From positions 256,001-320,000 of the forward strand of contig CAWDTA010000004.1 of assembly GCA_963805085.1 (NCBI GenBank): DNA of 64,000 nt, read 5' to 3'. The DNA comes from an uncultured Veillonellaceae bacterium. GTDB lineage: Bacteria; Bacillota; Negativicutes; JARBTT01. This document shows, piece after piece, positions 49,224 through 58,181 of the stretch. The notes below the pieces were generated by a model, which worked only from the letters and a program-made list of their open reading frames with translations, was not told the origin of the DNA and searched no databases. Both the position numbers and the translations under genes were made by a program. Numbering within the stretch: position 1 is the stretch's first letter; each line of letters starts with the position of its first letter.

Positions 49224-50633
49224 TCAGAAGAAGAATTCAAACTGTGAACGTAACCATTTTTCACTTGCTTTATCCGTTCCGGTAAGATCCTTCTTCTGCA
49301 ACCAACGAGTTGTCCAAAGTACATTTTTAGTTGGAACGTATTTGTAAATCAACTGCCAACCTCTAGCACCCACTGCATTATCTTTAATATCAAAAGTTGA
49401 TTTGATATAAGCAGCAGCTTCTAAATGTACATAATCAAGTTCTGTTGACCAAGAATGAGGAATCACTTTATTAGCTTTCCGATATTCTAGCGAGAAATTA
49501 TAGGCTACATTATTTTCATCCCGATCTGATCTTGCATAGTCTGCACCAAAATTCAGATTTTTGGCAATATCGCGATCAAAGGCAAGTTCCCAAATATTAG
49601 TATCTTTATAACTGGCAACTGTATTCTTCCCTACATCTGTATAATTGCTACCTTTACTCATTGTATGCCAGAGACCTGCATAGAGATTTGTTTTTTCATC
49701 CAATGGATATTTCATATCTAACTGTACATAATTGATACCAACATTTTTTGGATTCACATAAGTTTCGTTGACGCCACGATCATCCTTGTCACCCGCGCGT
49801 AGTGGCACGCCTGTTGTATTACGAGTTGTCGAGTTATAATCCGGTTTAGCATAGGTAAAATTGAATTTTGTTTTATTGCCAAAGCTATAAACGGCACCTG
49901 TATAATATTCATTCATAACCATCCCATTTATGGCTCCGGCTTTGTCACGACCAACCTTTAAGGTTCCGTTGCCGACTGGTCCATAGAAATACAATCTTGA
50001 CATATCAAATTGACCATTTGTATTTTCCTGACCGCCTCTATCTTGCCCATCACGATCTCTAGCACCTAACAAACGAATCAGGCCATTCCACCCACCGCCA
50101 ATCGCTGTAGTTCCTGTCAATTCATAATAATATGATGTGTCTTTTACTCCCGTCGCTGTTGTATCACCTTTAGAATCACTATCTGTTTTATGATCATAAC
50201 GCACTCTGATATTCCCACTCCATTTGATTCCATCCGTTTTAGGTACTGCTGGGGTAGTTGCCACCGGCTCAGCTACTGCTGGTGCCGGAACGCTAACACC
50301 TGGAATCCGAACATTGAGTTGCACTAACTCTTCCTTAAATTCCTTTTCTAATTGTTCAATTTCTACCTTGCTTGCTTGATCCGCTTTATCCATATTAAAC
50401 ATTGCTTTTGCCGTTAACACTGCCATCTCATAGCGCGTTGCTGGTTTGTCACTGCGAAAATCACCATCAACATATCCATCAATTAATCCAGCATGTACAA
50501 GTTTTTCAATCGATTGATAGCCCCAATGTGTAGATGGAACTGTACCAAAAGGATTATCAGACGCTGCAAAAGCAGCATTTTGCATACTAAAAATAAATGA
50601 TGTGGCTAACCCTAAAATAAGACCTTTTTTCAT
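49224..50633 (-). CDS. SLH-domain outer-membrane porin (OmpM paralogue)
   Basis: Signal peptide, SLH (HWGY...GLIDGY.DG.F...ATRYEMA), short coiled coil, beta-barrel ending RSQFEFFF. Confidence 0.85.
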   Translation of the reverse strand: MKKGLILGLATSFIFSMQNAAFAASDNPFGTVPSTHWGYQSIEKLVHAGLIDGYVDGDFRSDKPATRYEMAVLTAKAMFNMDKADQASKVEIEQLEKEFKEELVQLNVRIPGVSVPAPAVAEPVATTPAVPKTDGIKWSGNIRVRYDHKTDSDSKGDTTATGVKDTSYYYELTGTTAIGGGWNGLIRLLGARDRDGQDRGGQENTNGQFDMSRLYFYGPVGNGTLKVGRDKAGAINGMVMNEYYTGAVYSFGNKTKFNFTYAKPDYNSTTRNTTGVPLRAGDKDDRGVNETYVNPKNVGINYVQLDMKYPLDEKTNLYAGLWHTMSKGSNYTDVGKNTVASYKDTNIWELAFDRDIAKNLNFGADYARSDRDENNVAYNFSLEYRKANKVIPHSWSTELDYVHLEAAAYIKSTFDIKDNAVGARGWQLIYKYVPTKNVLWTTRWLQKKDLTGTDKASEKWLRSQFEFFF

Positions 50634-50933
50634 TTTTTTGTCCCCTCTCCCATAATAACACTTCTTTTCTAAGTGATAATTAACGAACAATTATAATATT
50701 CCGACTAAACAAAAAATTCTGACATTAGTAACCTCTCCCATTTGCCCTACTTCTAACGCTTAATTCATCTTAGTTCACCCCATTGACTTAGTTAATTCAA
50801 TTAATTAATTTAATGATATAATAATTATATATTTTCCTGTCGTTCACCTTCCATATTTGAGTTTTTTTATGTATTTTCGTTCGACACTTCTTGACGATTT
50901 TCTAAATAATATTCCAATTCATTCGATTTAGGC

Positions 50934-50962
50934 AAAAAAAAGCCCGCAAAATGCGGGCTTTT
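50934..50962. terminator. Intrinsic terminator
   Basis: AAAAAAAAGCCCGCA-AAA-TGCGGGCTTTT. Confidence 0.85.
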
Positions 50963-50997
50963 AACGATTTATACTCTTAAGAATCCTATGTAAATAA

Positions 50998-51141
50998 TCA
51001 CTCAGCTCTTACCTAACTCGCAATCGCTCGTATATCATCCGTTGTTGTACGATAGCAGCCACCAATTAAGTAAGCCCCGACCTCATCACAGGAATCAAAG
51101 GAGCTTTAATCTGATGGACCATACCAAGCTATAATATCATC
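50998..51141 (-). pseudogene. mmuM: 3' remnant of a homocysteine S-methyltransferase gene
   Basis: Manual translation DDIIAWYGPSD*SSFDSCDEVGAYLIGGCYRTTTDDIRAIAS*VRAE* matches the MmuM C-terminal GA.LIGGCCRTTP.DI motif, with two internal stops. Confidence 0.6.
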
Positions 51142-51210
51142 ATTTTTTTATTTGACAGCGTTCTTCAGTACTATTTTGTCGCTTTTTTTCCTTCAACTGT
51201 ATAATAAAGC

Positions 51211-52035
51211 TCAAAATAAGTCTTTATGACTTAGCTCTTTTAATAGCCCATCCTGCCCTTTCAAAACTTTGCGATGATTATTTTGCGTGTTACCAAACTC
51301 CGTCATGTATTTCCAGTAACGCTTTGGCATTAGGTTCATCCGACATTTTGGATTGTGCCGACCTTTTATTTCTATGGTATTGTAAAAAACTTTCCACAGC
51401 TCTCGATAAGCTTCTTCAGCTTCATCTGGCTCTGGTAATACTAGCTCCTCAATCGGAATAATCGCGGATTGATAAGGCTGATACACGAGTGCCATTCCAT
51501 GTGTTTTATCATAGATAAGAAAACGCTCCTCGGGATATCGTTCGCAAAAATGTTGCAGCAAAAGGGGCAACACATAATTTTTCGGTTCTATCTCCGCCAC
51601 TAAGATATGATTAAAAATAGAAAACCTGATAAACCCTTTGAACAAATGACTTTCTCTATCTAAATGGCGAACAGCTTTAACCATCGTATGCACTACATCA
51701 TCTGCTAACATCTCCATCACATTAGCACCATGACGATACCCTAGACGTAAAAAAAGCAAGATATACAATTCTTTTTGCGTAAAACAAGTCAAAAAGGCGT
51801 GCTGTACAAAGTCCAAGGCTAAAAAACCTATTTTCGCTGGAATAGACGCCAATACTCGTTTCGCTTTGTCTAAATCAGTAGGAATATTTTTTATTGGTAC
51901 TAGCATCATCTGCGTAGCATCTGGTAGAACAATATCTAGAGGAATTTCTTTTTTATCATAACTTTCAAATACAGAGCAAAGCAGACCATCAAAACTTCCA
52001 TCATACTGATAAACTACATTTGCTGTTGTAGGCAT
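51211..52035 (-). CDS. TIGR03915/DUF4130 putative DNA repair protein
   Basis: YDGSFDGLL, E.HLFKGFIRF, HF..RYP, MPKRYW. Confidence 0.9.
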   Translation of the reverse strand: MPTTANVVYQYDGSFDGLLCSVFESYDKKEIPLDIVLPDATQMMLVPIKNIPTDLDKAKRVLASIPAKIGFLALDFVQHAFLTCFTQKELYILLFLRLGYRHGANVMEMLADDVVHTMVKAVRHLDRESHLFKGFIRFSIFNHILVAEIEPKNYVLPLLLQHFCERYPEERFLIYDKTHGMALVYQPYQSAIIPIEELVLPEPDEAEEAYRELWKVFYNTIEIKGRHNPKCRMNLMPKRYWKYMTEFGNTQNNHRKVLKGQDGLLKELSHKDLF

Positions 52036-53360
52036 TTTACGATATCCTCCTGCAAGAACTCCGGTTGTACTTTGAAAGGCATATCAAACAGAGAAAGCTG
52101 GTCTATTGCTTCCCGCTGGGAGAACTTCATTTGATACTCTTTTCGCGTTTTCTCTGACATTAACGATTGTAATATTGCATTTTCCGTGATTTTGAAGGAT
52201 TCATCTTTTTTACCTTTACAAGTAATAAAATATTGCGCCCGTTTAAGAACAATCCCGAGCTTTTTGAGACTTTCAAAGCTGAGTGTAGTCATACGCCTAG
52301 CAGTGACAATTCGCTTGGCACTATTTACACCGATTCCTGGAACCCGTAGTAAATCACTGTAAGGAGCCCGATTTACATCCATCGGAAAAAAGTCCAAATG
52401 ATGAAGTGCCCAATTACACTTAGGATCTACATAAGGGTTAAAACTTTGATTCTGTTCATCTAATAGTTCATTTGCCGCAAAACCATAAAACCGCAGTAGC
52501 CAGTCCGCCTGATACAGTCGATGTTCACGCCAAAGCGGCGGCTCAGTATCAATCGTTGGCAAAAAAGAATTTTCTATCACTGGCATATAGGCAGAAAAGA
52601 AAACACGTTTCAGCTTATATTTCTTATAGAGTCCTTCTGTTAAGTTTAAAATTTGCAAATCTGTATCTGGTGTTGCGCCGATAATCATTTGCGTACTTTG
52701 TCCCGCCGGAACAAACTTAGGCGCATGCTTGTACTTTACGAGATCCATGGAGTTTTCTTGGATACGATTTTGAATATAGCGCATTGGTGTCAAAATCGAA
52801 TGCTTTGATTTATCGGGAGCCAGTAGTTTTAAACTATCTTGCGATGGCAGTTCAATATTTACGCTCATACGATCGGCGAGCATTCCCAATCTTGAGACGA
52901 GTGCACTATCCGCCCCAGGAATGGCTTTCGCATGAATATAACCAAAAAATCGATACTCTTCTCTCAAGATACGCAGCGTTTCAATCATTTGTTCACAGGT
53001 ATAATCAGGATTTTTCAACACACCAGAACTTAAAAATAAACCTTCAATATAATTTCGCCTGTAAAAATTGATCGTCAAATCAGCCAATTCACGTGGAGTA
53101 AAAGCAGCGCGCGGGGTGTCATTAGAGTGACGATTTACACAATATTTACAATCATAGGCACAAACATTGGTCATGAGCACTTTTAATAAAGAAATACACC
53201 GTCCATCTGCTGCAAAGCTATGACAGATTCCACAAGCTGCTGCACTGCCGATCCCCCCGATTGGTGTCTTTTTATTTACACCACTAGAAGTGCAAGCCAC
53301 ATCATATTTCGCCGCGTCCGTCAAGATTTTTAACTTTTCGAAGACATCCACCTTCATCAA
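52014..53360 (-). CDS. TIGR03916 radical SAM/helix-hairpin-helix putative DNA modification/repair protein
   Basis: AKYDVACTSSG, ICHSFAADGRC, CAYDCKYC, REHRLYQADWL, LLRVPGIG. Confidence 0.93.
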   Translation of the reverse strand: MMKVDVFEKLKILTDAAKYDVACTSSGVNKKTPIGGIGSAAACGICHSFAADGRCISLLKVLMTNVCAYDCKYCVNRHSNDTPRAAFTPRELADLTINFYRRNYIEGLFLSSGVLKNPDYTCEQMIETLRILREEYRFFGYIHAKAIPGADSALVSRLGMLADRMSVNIELPSQDSLKLLAPDKSKHSILTPMRYIQNRIQENSMDLVKYKHAPKFVPAGQSTQMIIGATPDTDLQILNLTEGLYKKYKLKRVFFSAYMPVIENSFLPTIDTEPPLWREHRLYQADWLLRFYGFAANELLDEQNQSFNPYVDPKCNWALHHLDFFPMDVNRAPYSDLLRVPGIGVNSAKRIVTARRMTTLSFESLKKLGIVLKRAQYFITCKGKKDESFKITENAILQSLMSEKTRKEYQMKFSQREAIDQLSLFDMPFKVQPEFLQEDIVKCLQQQM

Positions 53361-53379
53361 CTCCCCTTACTCTGTCCTT

Positions 53380-53409
53380 ATTATATTTCAGAACACACGT
53401 TCTTGTAAA
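53380..53409 (-). promoter_or_regulatory. Promoter with LexA (SOS) box between -35 and -10
   Basis: TTTACA-N18-TATAAT containing AGAAC-ACAC-GTTCT (53390-53403), the Firmicutes GAAC-N4-GTTC consensus. Confidence 0.8.
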
Positions 53410-53502
53410 GAGGGGTAAAAAAAACTTATTCACCAATAAAAATGAATGATAAATAAGTCTTTATACACAACATTATTTTAATATAACCAAATAGATATTT
53501 GG

Positions 53503-54171
53503 TTACGCTTGATAAATTTCACAAGATTCTACAACTATGTTCGGGGCAAATAATCGAATGTTCGCAATAATTTCATTAAAATGTTCTTCTATCAAATATT
53601 TCTTAATGCCCGCAGGAGCATACACGACAAACATACACGTCTTTGTATTTTCTGTTATTCTTGTCCTATTATCGGGGCCGCATAAAATACTTGAAATAAT
53701 CCCTTGACCATCCTGTATCATCATATCATGAACTTTTGTTACCTGCTCTTTGCCACCAATTCCAATATACCTTTCATCGCTTTTTGCAATGTCGATTTTT
53801 AGTGGCACTTTTAATTTGTCTACATCAAGACCAGCCGTTAAAAGTCCATTTTTCAGTTCAGCCATAAACATTGCCTCTACCAACGCCGCAACACAAGGAA
53901 CTGTCTTTCCTTTAAAAATGATTGATTCCATCTGCGCTACTACATGATATGTTTTTTTATAGTGCTTATAATATGTACTATACCTTTGTATGGAATCATC
54001 AGCTAATAAATCAGCCTTCGTTGTGAATTTTGACTGAAGAAAACTGATTAGCTCAGCTTTTTTTCTTTGCAACGCGTCACTATGTTTAGGATTACTAACT
54101 TTATTTACTATCATTATGCCTACACTTGCGCCAGGATACTGTATTCTCCAGTTATCTTCTATTATTACCAT
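53503..54171 (-). CDS. B3/B4 (PheT-like) domain protein
   Basis: KKTYHV..Q.ES, LVEAMFMAEL..GLLTAG.D, GPD.RTRIT. Confidence 0.8.
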   Translation of the reverse strand: MVIIEDNWRIQYPGASVGIMIVNKVSNPKHSDALQRKKAELISFLQSKFTTKADLLADDSIQRYSTYYKHYKKTYHVVAQMESIIFKGKTVPCVAALVEAMFMAELKNGLLTAGLDVDKLKVPLKIDIAKSDERYIGIGGKEQVTKVHDMMIQDGQGIISSILCGPDNRTRITENTKTCMFVVYAPAGIKKYLIEEHFNEIIANIRLFAPNIVVESCEIYQA

Positions 54172-54205
54172 AAAAAAGCCCTCCATAAAACTACATTTAA
54201 CAAGC

Positions 54206-54769
54206 TTATTCTTTCTTAACCATCTTCTGTCCAATCAAAAAAGCATGATCCAACAAGTCTTTTCGCTCAGAAATTTCACCTTTCTTACTTATTCCTTTTG
54301 CTATCACCTTATCTGATAAATTCATCTCTAAATACTTCAAACTTCTTTCAAAAAACTCTACTACTGGAATAACCGTTTCCATCGTTTTATCTTCAAAAGG
54401 AATAGCAATTACTACATTTTTTCCTTTCACCTTTACTCGATTCTGTTCACAATTATAATAAACAAAGCGATCTATAAATCCTTTCATCAATGCGCTTACA
54501 TTGTACCAATATACAGGCGTCCCCAAGACCAAAGTATCTGCTTGATTAATCTTTTGATAAATCTTGTTCATATCATCACGCTTACTACATTCACTGCCAT
54601 GCCAGCAAGCATAACAGCCATCACATTGTCTGATTGATAGTTCTCCTAAAAAAATAGTTTCTACTGTAGCCCCCTGTTGTTTGGCACCTTCTAAAATCTT
54701 AGAAACCAGAATATGCGTATTCCCATTTTTACGAGGACTTCCTACAATTCCTACTACGTTACTCATCAT
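54206..54769 (-). CDS. Iron-sulfur flavoprotein / NADPH-dependent FMN reductase
   Basis: GSPRKNGNT, CDGCYAC...C, GTPVYW. Confidence 0.9.
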   Translation of the reverse strand: MMSNVVGIVGSPRKNGNTHILVSKILEGAKQQGATVETIFLGELSIRQCDGCYACWHGSECSKRDDMNKIYQKINQADTLVLGTPVYWYNVSALMKGFIDRFVYYNCEQNRVKVKGKNVVIAIPFEDKTMETVIPVVEFFERSLKYLEMNLSDKVIAKGISKKGEISERKDLLDHAFLIGQKMVKKE

Positions 54770-54820
54770 GCACCTCATCCTATTTACTTACCATGCTTTT
54801 TATATTAAAATTAGCATGAA

Positions 54821-54871
54821 AAATTGATTCTGTGTAGTACCAATTTAGAGCGATATTTTTAGTACCAATTT
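54821..54871. promoter_or_regulatory. Putative MocR operator
   Basis: Direct repeats TAGTACCAATTT at 54835 and 54860, plus inverted AAATTGAT at 54821. Confidence 0.65.
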
Positions 54872-54890
54872 TATTGAGGTGTAATATGCG

Positions 54891-56300
54891 ATGTGTGGTA
54901 TAAAAATTAATAGAACATCTGATTTATCGATTACCAAACAGCTTTATCGACAAATTCGAAAAAACATACTTGAAGAGCACCTCCACGAAGGTGATCGACT
55001 CCCAGCGACTAGAAAGTTTGCTTCAGCTCTTGGTATATCGAGAAATATCGTATTAGAAGCTTATGAACAACTAAAAATGGAAGGATTTGTCCAAAGTCAT
55101 CAGGGTTCCTATACGTCTGTAGCTTCTGGTGCAGCCCTAAAACAACCGATATTAGAACTACCTTCAGAAAACAATTTTATTGAAACTGCAATAGCTGAGG
55201 ATATCATTGATTTTCGCCATGGCATTCCTGCTTTAGATTTATTTCCCAGAAAAGCATGGAACAAAGCCATTACGCAGGTACTATTAGATATTCCTGCTTC
55301 AAATTTTGACTATAACGATTTAGCTGGCTGCCCTAAATTACGAACTTCAATAGCCACTTATTTATTTAAAACAAGAGGAATTTTATGCACGCCTAAGCAA
55401 ATTATCATCACCTCAGGATCAACACAGGCCTTTACATTAATTACGCAATTACTACTTTCAAACAACCGTAAGGTCATTGTTGAAGATCCTCTGAATGATC
55501 AACTGCAAAAATATTTAGGCAAATTAGGTTGTGACTTACATGCAATTCCGGTTGATGAGCAAGGATTGCAAACTAGCTTTCTAATAAAGCAAACTCCTCC
55601 TAGTTTCACTCTAATTACACCTTCTCAACAATTTCCTACGGGTGGAATACTGCCTATTCAACGTCGGATTGAACTGATACACTTTGCAAGAAAAACAAAA
55701 TCTTATATTGTAGAAGATGACTATGAAAATGAATTTACTTATGAAGGAAGCTATATTAGCTCACTCCAAGAACTTGCCCCAGAAGAGGTTATTTATGTAG
55801 GTACCTTTAGCAAAACATTAATTCCCACATTAAGACTAGGATACATTGTTTTGCCAAGTCACCTTATCGAAAAATTTTATCAACTTGATTGGCACGCTAC
55901 CCAACAGCCATCCGCCATTGAACAATTAGCCTTAGCAGCTTTTATTGATACTGGTCAATTGCAACGTCACATCAATAGAATGAAGAAAATTTATCAAAAA
56001 AGGCGTTGCAAAGTCATCCTTGAACTAAAGCGTCATTTTTCAGACGACGTAAACTTCATGAGCACGCCATCGGGGCTACATCTAACGGTTCAATTTAAAA
56101 ATATAAATTTTTCTCCTGAGCTCTTAGAAACTATTAAAAGCTATCGCGTTCATATATATTCTGTCCAACAGCACGTCATTGATAAAAATAATAAAGATTT
56201 ATTAAATCAAGTTATTTTCGGTTATGGAAACCTCAATGAAGCTGAAATTGCCGAAGGAATACAACGATTGAAAGTAGCACTTAATCAAATTGATTCATGA
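54891..56300 (+). CDS. MocR/PdxR-family regulator
   Basis: LPATRKFA..LGISRN, VEDDYE, GTFSK. Confidence 0.93.
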   Translation: MCGIKINRTSDLSITKQLYRQIRKNILEEHLHEGDRLPATRKFASALGISRNIVLEAYEQLKMEGFVQSHQGSYTSVASGAALKQPILELPSENNFIETAIAEDIIDFRHGIPALDLFPRKAWNKAITQVLLDIPASNFDYNDLAGCPKLRTSIATYLFKTRGILCTPKQIIITSGSTQAFTLITQLLLSNNRKVIVEDPLNDQLQKYLGKLGCDLHAIPVDEQGLQTSFLIKQTPPSFTLITPSQQFPTGGILPIQRRIELIHFARKTKSYIVEDDYENEFTYEGSYISSLQELAPEEVIYVGTFSKTLIPTLRLGYIVLPSHLIEKFYQLDWHATQQPSAIEQLALAAFIDTGQLQRHINRMKKIYQKRRCKVILELKRHFSDDVNFMSTPSGLHLTVQFKNINFSPELLETIKSYRVHIYSVQQHVIDKNNKDLLNQVIFGYGNLNEAEIAEGIQRLKVALNQIDS

Positions 56301-56414
56301 TGCTCACTAGCTTACACAAATCATCAAACATAAATTTTATTTCTCTATGTAAAACAAAAAAATCTCTATCACCGGAAGTTAACGCATTTCCGATAATAGA
56401 GACTTTTTATTGTT

Positions 56415-56678
56415 TTACTTTTTTTTCTCAATTCGAATGGCACAATCGGGACAAACCATTTGACACATCCCACAAACAATACAACCTTCCATTCTAGGTT
56501 CAACTCGCGGCGTTCCGTATACGCCAAGTTCACTCGACCATTGAATTACTTTGGTAGGACATTTTTGTATGCATAGGCCACAACCTTTACATAAGCCGGG
56601 GAATCCTAGCCAAATTCCTTTATCATTATCATAACGTACCGATTTCCATTCAGTTTTAACTGCTTCTGCTTTACCCAT
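56415..56678 (-). CDS. 2-oxoacid:ferredoxin oxidoreductase delta subunit
   Basis: CKGCGLC...CP, CIVCGMC..VCPD. Confidence 0.9.
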   Translation of the reverse strand: MGKAEAVKTEWKSVRYDNDKGIWLGFPGLCKGCGLCIQKCPTKVIQWSSELGVYGTPRVEPRMEGCIVCGMCQMVCPDCAIRIEKKK

Positions 56679-57405
56679 TTTTTTCTCCTTTTAACAAACC
56701 TTCCACCAATTGATAGCCCCGCATAAGAGCTTTTTTGTTTAACTCTCTGAGTTTAGGGTCTTTCTTGAATTTGTCCTTAAGCTTTTCTTCTAATGCTTTT
56801 TCAATCGCTGCAAGCGGCAATATTTGCGTAACCGCAATAACTGCACCAAGGATCATAATATTAAATACGCGGGGGCTCAGCTCATTTTTTGCAATATCAT
56901 TGGCTGGAATCGCTACTATTTTTTTCACATTTTGAGGAATGTCTTTGACATTGGCCTCATTTTTTTTATAATATCCAGCACTTTTGTTATCACCGACATC
57001 TTCTTCTTCTATTTTTACTTCTGGCTGATCAGTAGGACAAGGAGGTGTGCTTTCGAAATACTGCAGACCAATAATTTGGTCATTCACATGCGAAGCTTCA
57101 ATTAAAGAGTTATCATAAACATAAATCGTATTCTCTCCAGCATGATGCTTTGTTTTCGCTATCGCCCTCGAACTTAGGGCAATTAAAATATCGGCCAATT
57201 CAAACTTAGGCGCACCGATTTTATTTCCACTTTCTGTTATCTGCAAATAAGCCATTGAGATACCGCCGCGTTGCTCAACACCAAAGTTTGGAATATACAA
57301 TGCTTCTTTTCCTTCTTCATTGGCGGCTTCAGCAAGGATTTCAGCAATCGACTGAATACCTTGCCCGCCTTCGCCAGCAAGTAATATTTTAAGTATGGTG
57401 TGCAT
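56671..57405 (-). CDS. 2-oxoacid:ferredoxin oxidoreductase gamma subunit
   Basis: AGEGGQG, FGVEQRGG, NIMILGA. Confidence 0.92.
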   Translation of the reverse strand: MHTILKILLAGEGGQGIQSIAEILAEAANEEGKEALYIPNFGVEQRGGISMAYLQITESGNKIGAPKFELADILIALSSRAIAKTKHHAGENTIYVYDNSLIEASHVNDQIIGLQYFESTPPCPTDQPEVKIEEEDVGDNKSAGYYKKNEANVKDIPQNVKKIVAIPANDIAKNELSPRVFNIMILGAVIAVTQILPLAAIEKALEEKLKDKFKKDPKLRELNKKALMRGYQLVEGLLKGEKNG

Positions 57406-58177
57406 TTTCTTCCTCCTTAGCTGTTGGAACCTTAATTTCTCCTACTTTAAAATAAGAGGCCATGTCTTTCTCAATAAACTGCCAAGTCTTTTCTGCATTG
57501 GTTCGCCAATTGGTAGGGCAAGAAGATAGTGCTTCAATAAAAGATATCCCTCGTCCAGCCATTTGATTTTCAATTCCCTTACGGATAAATTTTGTTAACT
57601 GTTTTATATTCGCGATAGTTCCTCTTGCTATATAGGCTCCCTCCTGGCTGATCGCCGCAACCATCTCTGGTCCAAGGATTGGTTTACCAACCGACTCAAC
57701 ATCTTTTCCATAGGGGCTAGTTTCGGTAATTTGCCCTGCAAGTGTCGTTGGTGCCATTTGTCCACCCGTCATGGCATAATTTACATTGTTAACCAATATG
57801 ATTGTAACTTTTTCATTACGAACGGCGGCATTGACTAAATGCTGGCTACCAATCGCATACCCACCGCCATCCCCCATATAAGCAATTCCGATAATTTCAG
57901 GAGTTGCCCGCTTAGCTCCAGCGATAAATGGTGTTGTTCTGCCATGATGCGTTTGCACACAATCTGCATTGAAGAAATTCCAGCTTAGTAGACTACAACC
58001 AATATCACAGCCGTAAACAACTTGATCTGCGATCTTGAGTTCATCAATTGCCTGTCCAAGACATTTTAGCACGATGCCGTGACCACAGCCTGGACAAAAA
58101 TTGTGTGGTTTTGTCGTTTCTAACCAAGAGCTAGGAAACGCTGGTTGAAAATATTCTCCTACTTTTAAATTTTGCAT
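57389..58177 (-). CDS. 2-oxoacid:ferredoxin oxidoreductase beta (TPP-binding) subunit
   Basis: FCPGCGH, IGC, HGR, GDG...NN..YAMTGGQ. Confidence 0.93.
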   Translation of the reverse strand: MQNLKVGEYFQPAFPSSWLETTKPHNFCPGCGHGIVLKCLGQAIDELKIADQVVYGCDIGCSLLSWNFFNADCVQTHHGRTTPFIAGAKRATPEIIGIAYMGDGGGYAIGSQHLVNAAVRNEKVTIILVNNVNYAMTGGQMAPTTLAGQITETSPYGKDVESVGKPILGPEMVAAISQEGAYIARGTIANIKQLTKFIRKGIENQMAGRGISFIEALSSCPTNWRTNAEKTWQFIEKDMASYFKVGEIKVPTAKEEENAHHT

Positions 58178-58181
58178 GTGA

